The notes beneath the pieces were generated by a model that was given only the letters and a program-made list of their open reading frames with translations, searched no databases and had not been told where the DNA came from. From an uncultured Alphaproteobacteria bacterium (GTDB lineage Bacteria; Pseudomonadota; Alphaproteobacteria; Rs-D84), in the NCBI GenBank assembly GCA_944389235.1, contig CALXLO010000003.1, positions 1,223 through 65,222 of the forward strand: a DNA stretch of 64,000 nt, read 5' to 3'. The position numbers were made by a program, and so were the translations under genes. Positions 19,208-28,008 of this stretch are shown here, piece after piece. The first letter of the stretch is position 1; every line of letters begins with the position of its first letter.

Positions 19208-19462
19208 TTATAATATTTTTTGATTCAATTCGCGTTGTATTTTTTCCAGTTTATTTTCTGCGGCACGCAACAATTTTCTGTTTGGATTATTTTTTGCCAA
19301 TGTTTTGCGCAATTGTTCTAATTGTATTAACACCGCAACCGCACCAACATCGCGCGCACGCGAATATAACAGCCCCAACAAACTGTTTAATTCCGCCAAA
19401 CTGATTTCATGGTTTGACGCAAACTTTTCTTGCTGACGAATATATTTTTTATGTTCATTCAT
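19208..19462 (-). CDS. Small helical hypothetical protein
   Basis: 84-aa ORF with coiled-coil-like composition. No recognisable motif. Confidence 0.3.
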   Translation of the reverse strand: MNEHKKYIRQQEKFASNHEISLAELNSLLGLLYSRARDVGAVAVLIQLEQLRKTLAKNNPNRKLLRAAENKLEKIQRELNQKIL

Positions 19463-19525
19463 TGCTTGCCGTCTATATTATACAAGATAAACTAAATACG
19501 GGCTGTTTTCAAGCCCGTATCAAAT

Positions 19526-20503
19526 TTATTTCAATTTTTCGCAATCTGTCAACCACGCATCCAAAGTATCCATTTCTGTGGATTGTGTAATACCAGCATC
19601 ACACAAAGCATTATAAACATTATATAGATTATGTTTTAATGCAATTCCTGGTTTTACCACAGATTTTGCAATATCAACAACTTGTTCTGAATATAAATAG
19701 CACGGTATTTCAGATTCAAAATCTTTCATATAATCATGAACATTTCTTTCTTGTAATACAGTTGCATTTGTAAAGCCCAGCAAGAAATTTTCATTCCACA
19801 TCAATGGTTGCGCAATTAACCCCTTTAATATATCCGTAAATCTGAAACTGACCGTTGTTGGCAAATATAACAATTCAAACAGTTCGCGCCGATATGCTGT
19901 ATTTTGCGTATTAAACGGACAAACACATCCAGATTGTAAAACCAACGGTTCTTTGTCTTGGTCAAAATAACATGGTGTATTATCTGTTAATCTATAAATT
20001 GCATCAACATCTGGGTCGCCGTCTGCCAGTCCTTGCCACACACCGACATGTAAATTTTGATTTTTTATTTCATAAGATGTTTTTTTATTAATATAATTTA
20101 ATGGCAATCCCCGTGGCCAAATTTTGTGTTTCGTAAAAAACTGATATATATTTATAAAACCATCATCTGTTTTGATTAAATTAAAATTGTCATCAAATTC
20201 TGGGAACCCGAAATTATCGTATGGAATATTATCGTCATCAGTATCTATAATAATATCTGCCCCTGCACGCATAGCATATAAATATCCCAACATTTTTCTG
20301 GAATAATGATTAAACGGTAAAGTTTTTTCTAATTCAAATCCGTATGTTTTATCAGCAGATAAAAATATAACATTATCGCAATTGTAATTTTCCGGCGATT
20401 TTTTATCACCAACAACAATGACATTATAATCATTTATCCCAGAAAATTTTTTCACCGCAACAGTTGGTTCAAATATACTGGTTATAACAATGTATTTTTT
20501 CAT
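19526..20503 (-). CDS. Glycosyltransferase-like protein, resembles the DUF288 / STELLO-type GT domain
   Basis: N-terminus MKKYIVITSIFEPT...VIVVGDKKSP and an acidic DTDDDNIP (DxD-like) segment. No signal peptide. Confidence 0.45.
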   Translation of the reverse strand: MKKYIVITSIFEPTVAVKKFSGINDYNVIVVGDKKSPENYNCDNVIFLSADKTYGFELEKTLPFNHYSRKMLGYLYAMRAGADIIIDTDDDNIPYDNFGFPEFDDNFNLIKTDDGFINIYQFFTKHKIWPRGLPLNYINKKTSYEIKNQNLHVGVWQGLADGDPDVDAIYRLTDNTPCYFDQDKEPLVLQSGCVCPFNTQNTAYRRELFELLYLPTTVSFRFTDILKGLIAQPLMWNENFLLGFTNATVLQERNVHDYMKDFESEIPCYLYSEQVVDIAKSVVKPGIALKHNLYNVYNALCDAGITQSTEMDTLDAWLTDCEKLK

Positions 20504-20507
20504 TACT

Positions 20508-21518
20508 CTAACTCCATCTTGACAGTTTTAATGGGTGTATAAACAGCAAATTATCAGGCCAATTTTCCATTAAGTTTGACAGTTTATATTCATATTGTTT
20601 TGACATATCATCTGTCATATCAAAAATAGCATTGCCTGTTTGTCTGTGTTTATTCTTTTCAAATTTTAATTTATCTAATGTTAATAACATACATGTCGGC
20701 ATCGCAATTTCAACAAATACATTCATTGCTGCAAATATGCCTAATAAATTTGTAAAATCATCTATCTTATTATGCGGGACAACCAAGAAATCAGAAACTC
20801 CATACGCCAATGGATACAAAAAATCATCGTTTACCGGGCGACCGGCCCCAGAATTTATCAAACTATTCAACCGATGATTCAACCAATCTGTGTATGACCA
20901 TCCACGCAGTTTTTGATATATGAACCGATGCCAAGAATTACTATAACCACGCGGAAAGAATTTATAATAATTTGTATTATCTGGGGCAAAATATTTTTGC
21001 ATTTCAATAAAAACATTTTTATCTATATTTCTAGAACTGATGCCATGCGCGTCAAATGCACATCTGGCATAATTTATATCGGGTATAAAAGATTTGTATT
21101 CACACCCATTGCCACTTAATACCATTGACCGCAATGACATTATTGTCCACTCACTCCAATAAACTAATTCGCGATATGTTAATGCAGAAATACTGGGGAT
21201 ATAGCCTGTATTGTCATCTAAATTCAAAATTTCTGTTAAATTATATTGATTAATATTTGGATTTAATAATAAATCATCTGCTGCAAAACAGTAATGACTT
21301 GATTCATTGTTTTTATATGTACCCAGTCCTTGACGAATATAGTCATGAAACAAATATGAATTGCCGTATATTTTTGCGACATTTGATTTATGCCCTCTAT
21401 AAAAAGGCATCAAATGAAAAATTTTATCAAATCTGCCGGCATATAAAGATTCTATTCTATCTATATTTGATTCATAATTATGGTTATAAACCACAACCAA
21501 ACTAACTTTATGTTTCAT
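20508..21518 (-). CDS. Hypothetical protein, probable glycan-biosynthesis enzyme (GT-like)
   Basis: 336 aa. Co-oriented and tightly spaced (4-14 nt gaps) with the flanking GT genes. No family recognised. Confidence 0.4.
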   Translation of the reverse strand: MKHKVSLVVVYNHNYESNIDRIESLYAGRFDKIFHLMPFYRGHKSNVAKIYGNSYLFHDYIRQGLGTYKNNESSHYCFAADDLLLNPNINQYNLTEILNLDDNTGYIPSISALTYRELVYWSEWTIMSLRSMVLSGNGCEYKSFIPDINYARCAFDAHGISSRNIDKNVFIEMQKYFAPDNTNYYKFFPRGYSNSWHRFIYQKLRGWSYTDWLNHRLNSLINSGAGRPVNDDFLYPLAYGVSDFLVVPHNKIDDFTNLLGIFAAMNVFVEIAMPTCMLLTLDKLKFEKNKHRQTGNAIFDMTDDMSKQYEYKLSNLMENWPDNLLFIHPLKLSRWS

Positions 21519-21532
21519 GTAATAAAATCCTC

Positions 21533-23143
21533 TCAGACATTTTTAATGAAATTCATTATTTTATTTTTAGCAATTTTGATAGCACTGGTTTGAATTTTAT
21601 GTGTTCTTTCAACACTGCCAAAATCATAGTGTTTTGACAATTCACGCAAATCATATTTATTTACATTTTTACCTATGAGATTTGCAAAGTTTCGATTAGA
21701 CCGCAATGCTCTGAAACCAAATTTATCGTTATGTATTTTTGTCATAAATGTACCAATCATTTCAAATTCGGAAAAGCCACCATATATTAAATCATCATCA
21801 GATATCTGATTCAAAATTGCCCGCCAGAAATCTTTTTCTGATACAGAAAACCTGCCAGCAATCACAGACACCATTTCTTTCATATACGATGTATTCATCA
21901 TCATGTGTTCAACAATATATGTTGTATCCACATTACGCGGATACCCCAGCACTGCTTCCACTGTCTTGTTAAACACATCATCTTTCCAAATTCTGGAATT
22001 ATCATACAGTATCCGGTCGTTATCATCAAAAAAATCAATATGTCGCAGCATTAATGTATCTGCGTCCCAGACCAAATAATTATCAACATCACATTTATAA
22101 CAAAATGCAATTTTCAAGAACTGTTGCAGATACCAACCAATTCTGCTGGGTTTAACATTTCTGTTAATAAAATATTGTTTTATAGCATCATAATTTAATC
22201 CATCTAATAAATCTGATTCATTTATATAAACGATACCGGGCTTGTCAGGATTTTTATTTGATATAACATACAGATTACGATAATCGCAATGTTTCTTTAA
22301 TAAATCAATCGTCATATCCAGATTTTCAAAATCTTTACTGGCGACACATAAAACAACATCAAATACATGCTGTTTAATATTTGTATTTCCGCGCAGCCAT
22401 TCTATACCGCCATATTTTGGATTGTTTTTATCCCGTTGAATAATTTTTATATTATCTTTGAAATCTGGTAAATCCCAAGATTCCGGATATAAATAATTGC
22501 ATGGGATTATCAACGGATTTTTATCCAGCACATATTTATTCAAATGACTTTCATCGTGCCACAGTGCGACAACATTTTTATCTAAATCTGTTTTTATATT
22601 TTTTGAACATGCATGACACAATTTCAAATATGCGTCTGCTGTACCACCGTTCAAGCAACCCTGAACATAAAAACGCCCAGAATTATAGGGTATGTACGCT
22701 GTTGATTGGGGATTTCGGTCATAAGTAAAATCATTAATGTTTTTATTATAAAATCCCGGATGCAATCCCATTGCCAATTCATCATTTTTATCAGATGGCA
22801 GAATTTCTTGTCCAACAAAATCAACAAATTGCATATTTGCATTAAAAAAGAATATATAATCAAACTGCGCCAATTTATCTTCTTGGGTCAAGAACATATC
22901 AAACCGCATCAGTGTATCATACGGCCAGCCTAATTTATCTTGGTAAATTTTTATAACATTATTATCCGTATCGTGTTCTAATTTTTCGTTATCTGTAAAC
23001 AAAAAATAAGTCTTGGGGACATCCGGCAAAAAATATTTTTCAGCAGATTCATAAAAATCGCGCCAAAACACACCATATCTGCCCAGCGCTATATATAATA
23101 TTGCTATTTTTGTATTATTGGAAGCAGTCATAAAAAACCTCAT
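21533..23143 (-). CDS. Two-domain glycosyltransferase. N-terminal GT6 catalytic domain (ABO / alpha-1,3-Gal(NAc) transferase family, bacterial NxN variant), fused to a C-terminal ~290-aa DxD-containing domain.
   Basis: GT6 blocks match vertebrate ABO transferases. IAILYIALGRYGVFWRDFYESAEKYF...YFLFTD aligns with [26 protein letters not shown]...YYVFTD. LHPGFY...FTYDRNPQSTAYIP...GRFYVQGCLNGG...ALWHDESHLNKYVL aligns with LHPGFYGSS..FTYERRPQSQAYIP..GDFYYLGGFFGG..AVWHDESHLNKYLL. The DVD metal motif is replaced by NAN (FFFNANMQF). The C-terminal domain has WDADT and GWYLQQFLK. Confidence 0.8.
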   Translation of the reverse strand: MRFFMTASNNTKIAILYIALGRYGVFWRDFYESAEKYFLPDVPKTYFLFTDNEKLEHDTDNNVIKIYQDKLGWPYDTLMRFDMFLTQEDKLAQFDYIFFFNANMQFVDFVGQEILPSDKNDELAMGLHPGFYNKNINDFTYDRNPQSTAYIPYNSGRFYVQGCLNGGTADAYLKLCHACSKNIKTDLDKNVVALWHDESHLNKYVLDKNPLIIPCNYLYPESWDLPDFKDNIKIIQRDKNNPKYGGIEWLRGNTNIKQHVFDVVLCVASKDFENLDMTIDLLKKHCDYRNLYVISNKNPDKPGIVYINESDLLDGLNYDAIKQYFINRNVKPSRIGWYLQQFLKIAFCYKCDVDNYLVWDADTLMLRHIDFFDDNDRILYDNSRIWKDDVFNKTVEAVLGYPRNVDTTYIVEHMMMNTSYMKEMVSVIAGRFSVSEKDFWRAILNQISDDDLIYGGFSEFEMIGTFMTKIHNDKFGFRALRSNRNFANLIGKNVNKYDLRELSKHYDFGSVERTHKIQTSAIKIAKNKIMNFIKNV

Positions 23144-23190
23144 CTAAATAACAATAAAGATACTTACACAAACATGCCGAAAATTCAATA

Positions 23191-23216
23191 ACAAAAATCC
23201 CCGCACAGGGCGGGGC
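23191..23216 (-). terminator. Terminator after the LysM protein gene
   Basis: On the minus strand: CCCCGCCCTGTGCGGGG hairpin followed by ATTTTTGTTATT. Confidence 0.5.
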
Positions 23217-23220
23217 ATAG

Positions 23221-24417
23221 TTATTTTTCTATCTTACCAGACACAGGTATTTGCAATAACTGCTGGGGGAAAATCAAATCTGGATTTTCAATATTATTTT
23301 TTTCTGCGATGATGCTGAACAGTACCCCACGACGCAAAAAGTTCCGCGCAATAATCCACAAGCAATCACCACGACGAACAGTATAATATGTGTCATCATC
23401 GCCTGTCATTTCTGGCATCGTAAATGTATGTGCAACCTGGGCAACTGTGCGACCATCACCATCATGCAAACGCACCGTCAAATTATATTCACGACCCGGC
23501 ACTAAATCACCGACATCTGCCCCCAGTCCAAAATGCTTGTAATCCGATACACGCGCGACCCCCAGGTATTTATCATCCAGCGATAACGACACACGCAAAC
23601 GCGGCAACGCATCCCCGGATACAACAATTCGTCCGCTGTCTAAATAATCTATTTTTGACACGATTAAATCGTCATCTGACAACAAAGATGGTGCCTGTAA
23701 TAAAGTACTGCCATCATCTGTCATTAACAGTGATACAGAATTTTTATATCCGCGTGGTGAAATGTATATAAAAACATTTTCATTTGATTTAACATCTGGC
23801 GATGCGCCACGCAAAGAAATTGTATAATTACCTGGTTCCAGTGCACGATGTGGCGCATAAACAAATTCGCCGTTTGCATCTGTTCGCCCAGTGGCAACAA
23901 TCGCGCCATTTATTACAATAGAAATGTTTTTATCTGCCATCCAGCGTCCTGCGACAACGATTGTTCCAGCTGGTTCTATGCGCACAATATCAAATGTCGG
24001 CACAGTTATTTCGTCATTTGCATCAGACTTTGTTGCCACTGGTTGTACCACAGGTTCCGGCACAGGCGGCACAACCGCCGGCACTTGGATTGGTCGTGTT
24101 TGCACAAACATAACCCATATTGCGATTACAATAACAATAATTCCGCATAAAATCGGAAACCAATAAGACAAAATTCCGCCGCGACGACGCGTTTCACGCA
24201 CATTTGCATCTGGGGCAGGGACATTAATGTTTTGATTTTCCTGTTTCGGATTCGGGCGCGCAAAAATATTCAAAGATTTCAAAAAACGCCGCGCAAAGTT
24301 GCGTCGATTTTCCATCCATGCGTTTTGCTGGGCAACCGCGTCATTAATCAAATCATCTGTGGACCGTTTGGTTTTTCCAATAGTATTATTATTTGCCATA
24401 TTAATAATCTCCTGCAA
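23221..24417 (-). CDS. LysM peptidoglycan-binding domain protein. N-terminal cytoplasmic segment, one TM helix, a beta-rich periplasmic region, and a C-terminal LysM.
   Basis: TM helix ILSYWFPILCGIIVIVIAIWVMFV. C-terminal YTVRRGDCLWIIARNFLRRGVLFSIIAEKNNIENPDLIFPQQLLQIP is a LysM motif. Confidence 0.7.
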   Translation of the reverse strand: MQEIINMANNNTIGKTKRSTDDLINDAVAQQNAWMENRRNFARRFLKSLNIFARPNPKQENQNINVPAPDANVRETRRRGGILSYWFPILCGIIVIVIAIWVMFVQTRPIQVPAVVPPVPEPVVQPVATKSDANDEITVPTFDIVRIEPAGTIVVAGRWMADKNISIVINGAIVATGRTDANGEFVYAPHRALEPGNYTISLRGASPDVKSNENVFIYISPRGYKNSVSLLMTDDGSTLLQAPSLLSDDDLIVSKIDYLDSGRIVVSGDALPRLRVSLSLDDKYLGVARVSDYKHFGLGADVGDLVPGREYNLTVRLHDGDGRTVAQVAHTFTMPEMTGDDDTYYTVRRGDCLWIIARNFLRRGVLFSIIAEKNNIENPDLIFPQQLLQIPVSGKIEK

Positions 24418-24514
24418 GAACGGTTTAATCTTTGGACAAATTATTACAAAAATAAGTTCTTTGTCAACTTATTTATGATATAATTACATTAATAATACAC
24501 CAAGGATAATTATC

Positions 24515-25597
24515 ATGAAGAAAAGAATAGGCATAATGACGACCGGGGGCGACTGTTCTGGTCTGAACACATTAATAAACCGCATTGCGCGTGGTGCGAT
24601 GCTGCGCGGGTGGCAGATTGTTGGCATAATGGATGGCACAGATGGCCTGTGCACAACGCCGCCCAGCGTTATTGAATTTGACGCACAAACTTTACCGATT
24701 GAATGCGCGCGCATGGCAGGCAGTTTTCTGCACAACGGACGGGCAGGGGCATTAAATTTTGAAACAGCCGCAGAAACAGGGCAATTGGCGCACTTTAACA
24801 AAAAATTACAACAATCATTATCAGAACTGAAACTGAACGCATTAATTTTAATTGGTGGCAACGGCAGTATATCTTTGGCATGGTGCAATCGTGATATTTA
24901 TTCTGATATTCAGTTAATATGTATTCCAAAAACGATAGATATGGATATACCATTAACAGACCGCACAATTGGCTTTGATACTGCGGTGCAACAATTAACA
25001 TCATTTTGCGACCAATTAATGTTAACTGCGCGCAGTCATCATCGCTGGTTTGTTGTTCAAACTATGGGGCGCGATTGTGGTCAATTGGCACTGAATGCCG
25101 GCATTGCAATCGGCGCATCGGCAATATTAATTCCAGAAATTAAATTCGATATAGATTCATTGGTTAAACACATAAAATCATCACCGCGTGATTATGGCAT
25201 AATCTTGGTATCCGAAGGCATATCGTTGCGCGGACATTCTGGTCGACCCGCAGACATGATATCACGCAAATTAACTGCGTCTGGTATTGTAAACAGAACG
25301 GCATATCCAGAACACACCCAACGCGTTGGCGACACTGTTGCCACCGACAGAATTTTAGCGACGCGCATGGCAGATTGCGCATTGCACGCGATTGAAAATA
25401 ATGAAACTTATGTTATGACGGCGGTATCAAATTGCGAATGCAAGACGGTCAGTTTATCTGAATTTTTTAGTGCCGGCTATATATCTGCCGACCCGAACAT
25501 TCCAGAATTACAAACATCAGATGCCTATGTATCGCCCGACGACCCATTACTAGAAATCGCTGTTAATCTGGGGATTTACATAGGTGAACAAAAATAA
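24515..25597 (+). CDS. pfkA: 6-phosphofructokinase
   Basis: RIGIMTTGGDCSGLN, LILIGGNGS and MGRDCGQLAL motifs of the PFK family. Confidence 0.85.
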   Translation: MKKRIGIMTTGGDCSGLNTLINRIARGAMLRGWQIVGIMDGTDGLCTTPPSVIEFDAQTLPIECARMAGSFLHNGRAGALNFETAAETGQLAHFNKKLQQSLSELKLNALILIGGNGSISLAWCNRDIYSDIQLICIPKTIDMDIPLTDRTIGFDTAVQQLTSFCDQLMLTARSHHRWFVVQTMGRDCGQLALNAGIAIGASAILIPEIKFDIDSLVKHIKSSPRDYGIILVSEGISLRGHSGRPADMISRKLTASGIVNRTAYPEHTQRVGDTVATDRILATRMADCALHAIENNETYVMTAVSNCECKTVSLSEFFSAGYISADPNIPELQTSDAYVSPDDPLLEIAVNLGIYIGEQK

Positions 25598-25620
25598 ACA
25601 CCCCGCATCCAGCGGGGGCG
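25598..25620. terminator. Bidirectional terminator between pfkA and the Cys-rich protein gene
   Basis: CCCCGCatccagCGGGGG hairpin. The minus-strand reading is followed by TTTATTTTTG. Confidence 0.45.
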
Positions 25621-25621
25621 T

Positions 25622-26860
25622 TTAATGGCGATATATCTTTGCATTGTCGCGCCCCAACAAATCTCCTAATGTAAATTTACCTTCTTTACTATCTATAAAG
25701 TATGTCTTGGCAGACATATAACAATCTTGTATAGTGCTCTTACCTGCATCAGATGTTGAACCGCCGGGGCATGGATAGGCGGTATTATCATAACAATAAT
25801 ATCCAGCGGGGCAATCTTCATATTGCGCTGTTAATGTACGGTCTAATTCTTCTGTAAATTCAAAAACATCGTCTGCTTCGTATATTTTTCCAGCATCGCA
25901 TCCTGCTGTACATTCCCAGTGCTTAAATTTTTTACCTGCGGGTGTCCAACCTGTAATAATATCTATCACTTTTCTGTTAGTTGAGTTGGAATCATCCCCG
26001 ATATCAAATGTTTGACTTTTTGTATAACCGTTCGTATTTTTATATGTAATCTCAATCTCGTTAACCTTATACTGCGCATACAGCGTAGATGTGCCGCCTA
26101 TAAAAGCCTCTATTGTGTTGCCCTGATAGCTCTCGGATATTTTACCATCTGCATCAATGACTAAATCACCATCAGATGCTTTTGTATAATATCCTGTAAA
26201 TTCTAAATAGTTATGAGTGGGTTGTTTAAAATCGCTGCTTTCAACAGTTTTTGTACTCCAATTACTGCCATTTTTATATCCTGCTTCATATTTATAAGAA
26301 AGCTCTTTATTTATATATTTATCATAATCTGGCGCATGCGTATAAGGCATATTTTTATCTAGATTAATCGTATATGTTGCACCAGTGCAATAGATTCTGG
26401 GCGAAGTAGCCTCACAAGTATTCTTGCTACCTTCCCCCTCGCATTTGTAAGAGGCACCATTACCCACATAATGTTCGTCATAGCTGCCACATGATGCACA
26501 ACCGCTCCCGGCCCAATATTGACCTGTATCACAGGATATTTTCCAAGGACACTGGTCTCCTGTCTGGCCATCTTCTGTAAATGTTACATCAGGAAAATTG
26601 TTAGGTTGTGAACAATCGTATTTTTCACGATTATAACAATAGCTACCTATGGGACAAGTTTCACAATAGGTTATCATAAATTCATACCCATTGGGACACC
26701 CTTTGTCTTTATCATTACACAGGTCGTCATCAGTAATTTCCCGACAAATACCCTCACCATCAGCAGGAGCTCTATCAAAACAACATATATCTATCCTCTC
26801 GGCCATACAATCAGTTATACAACCAAAAACAAACAGAGCAACAAATAGTATTTTTTTCAT
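25622..26860 (-). CDS. Secreted cysteine-rich protein containing Listeria/Bacteroides (InlB B-type) repeats
   Basis: Signal peptide MKKILFVALFVFGCITDCMA. Cys-rich modules CPNGYEFMITYCETCPIGSYCY and CPAGYYCYDNTAYPCPGG. Two repeats end in TLYAQY / TLTAQY with a GWTPAGKKFKHWE core, which is the List_Bact repeat pattern. Confidence 0.6.
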   Translation of the reverse strand: MKKILFVALFVFGCITDCMAERIDICCFDRAPADGEGICREITDDDLCNDKDKGCPNGYEFMITYCETCPIGSYCYNREKYDCSQPNNFPDVTFTEDGQTGDQCPWKISCDTGQYWAGSGCASCGSYDEHYVGNGASYKCEGEGSKNTCEATSPRIYCTGATYTINLDKNMPYTHAPDYDKYINKELSYKYEAGYKNGSNWSTKTVESSDFKQPTHNYLEFTGYYTKASDGDLVIDADGKISESYQGNTIEAFIGGTSTLYAQYKVNEIEITYKNTNGYTKSQTFDIGDDSNSTNRKVIDIITGWTPAGKKFKHWECTAGCDAGKIYEADDVFEFTEELDRTLTAQYEDCPAGYYCYDNTAYPCPGGSTSDAGKSTIQDCYMSAKTYFIDSKEGKFTLGDLLGRDNAKIYRH

Positions 26861-26881
26861 CTCTCTAACTAATCCCAATAA

Positions 26882-27340
26882 CTATCGTTGATATTGTTTG
26901 TTTATTGTCCAGCCGTTTTGTACATACCACAAGCTATCTTCGGGCACCTTTGACGCTTCACCCAACATAAAATTAAAATCACCACGCCCCCGCATCTTGG
27001 AAGAATAATTTATAACTTTTTGAAACACCAGTTCACGATTAATAGATATTGCACTTTCTCGCCAATCTGACCAATCACCTTGTGTATATAAATAAACAGC
27101 TTGTATATCTGGATTTTCAACATAATATTGTATAATATCACTGACTACAAAATCATCTCCTTGCATTCTACCTAAAACATGTACATTATTTGCATCAAAT
27201 AATATATCTACTTCTGTTTTTACCGGTTTAGGCTCCGTGGGGGCAACTTTTTCACATGACGATACAACACTGGCACCCGCCAAACCCAGAATTGGTAAAA
27301 CATGTTTCATTTTATATGGAATAATTTTTTTGAATTTCAT
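26882..27340 (-). CDS. Lipoprotein, tandem paralog 1
   Basis: MKFKKIIPYKMKHVLPILGLAGASVVSSC lipobox. C-terminus WYVQNGWTINKQYQR. Confidence 0.55.
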   Translation of the reverse strand: MKFKKIIPYKMKHVLPILGLAGASVVSSCEKVAPTEPKPVKTEVDILFDANNVHVLGRMQGDDFVVSDIIQYYVENPDIQAVYLYTQGDWSDWRESAISINRELVFQKVINYSSKMRGRGDFNFMLGEASKVPEDSLWYVQNGWTINKQYQR

Positions 27341-27358
27341 TGTATTACCCCCTTTGTT

Positions 27359-27805
27359 TTAACGCTGTTGTTGATTTAATGTCCAACCATGTTTAACAAA
27401 CCATGTGCTGTCATCTGGCACTTTGGATGCTTCACCTGGCATAAACGAGAAATTGCCCCGCCCAAACACTTTTGGTGAATAATTTATTGCTGGTTCCAAA
27501 AATTGATTTCTTAATCTTTGAATATCTGATGAAGTACAAAAAATCCAAGAACCATAATCTGCATTCAGGTAAATTGTGTCTATATATTCTTGGTCTGCAA
27601 ACGATTGAATAAATGGTAATAATGTCGGTAAATATTTTTCAAAATTTTTACCATTGCTATGCAATATATACTCAACTGATGTTGTCGGCACATCAGGTTC
27701 CGTTGGACCGACTTTTTCACATGACGATACAACACCAAGCCCCGCCACGCCCAAAATTGGCAAGATACTCTTTAACTTATACGGCAATATTTTTTTGAAC
27801 TGCAT
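27359..27805 (-). CDS. Lipoprotein, tandem paralog 2
   Basis: MQFKKILPYKLKSILPILGVAGLGVVSSC. The N- and C-termini (WFVKHGWTLNQQQR) are near-identical to paralog 1, with colinear similarity throughout. Confidence 0.55.
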   Translation of the reverse strand: MQFKKILPYKLKSILPILGVAGLGVVSSCEKVGPTEPDVPTTSVEYILHSNGKNFEKYLPTLLPFIQSFADQEYIDTIYLNADYGSWIFCTSSDIQRLRNQFLEPAINYSPKVFGRGNFSFMPGEASKVPDDSTWFVKHGWTLNQQQR

Positions 27806-27971
27806 CGTTCACTCCTTTGTATAAGAAATAATCAATACACAAAAAAGAGTGGGCTTTTCCCGGCACAAACATGCCGGAAATTCCCACTCTTTATGTGTAT
27901 TTATCTTTGTTGTTATATCGGCACTGACCGATATTACTTTTCAATTATATGTACATTTTTTATAATTGGCA

Positions 27972-28003
27972 AGAAAAAACTGCCCATTAGGGCAGTTTTT
28001 TTA
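27972..28003. terminator. Bidirectional terminator downstream of dnaK
   Basis: AAAAAA, then ACTGCCCattagGGCAGT, then TTTTTTT. Confidence 0.55.
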
Positions 28004-28008
28004 TGCGA

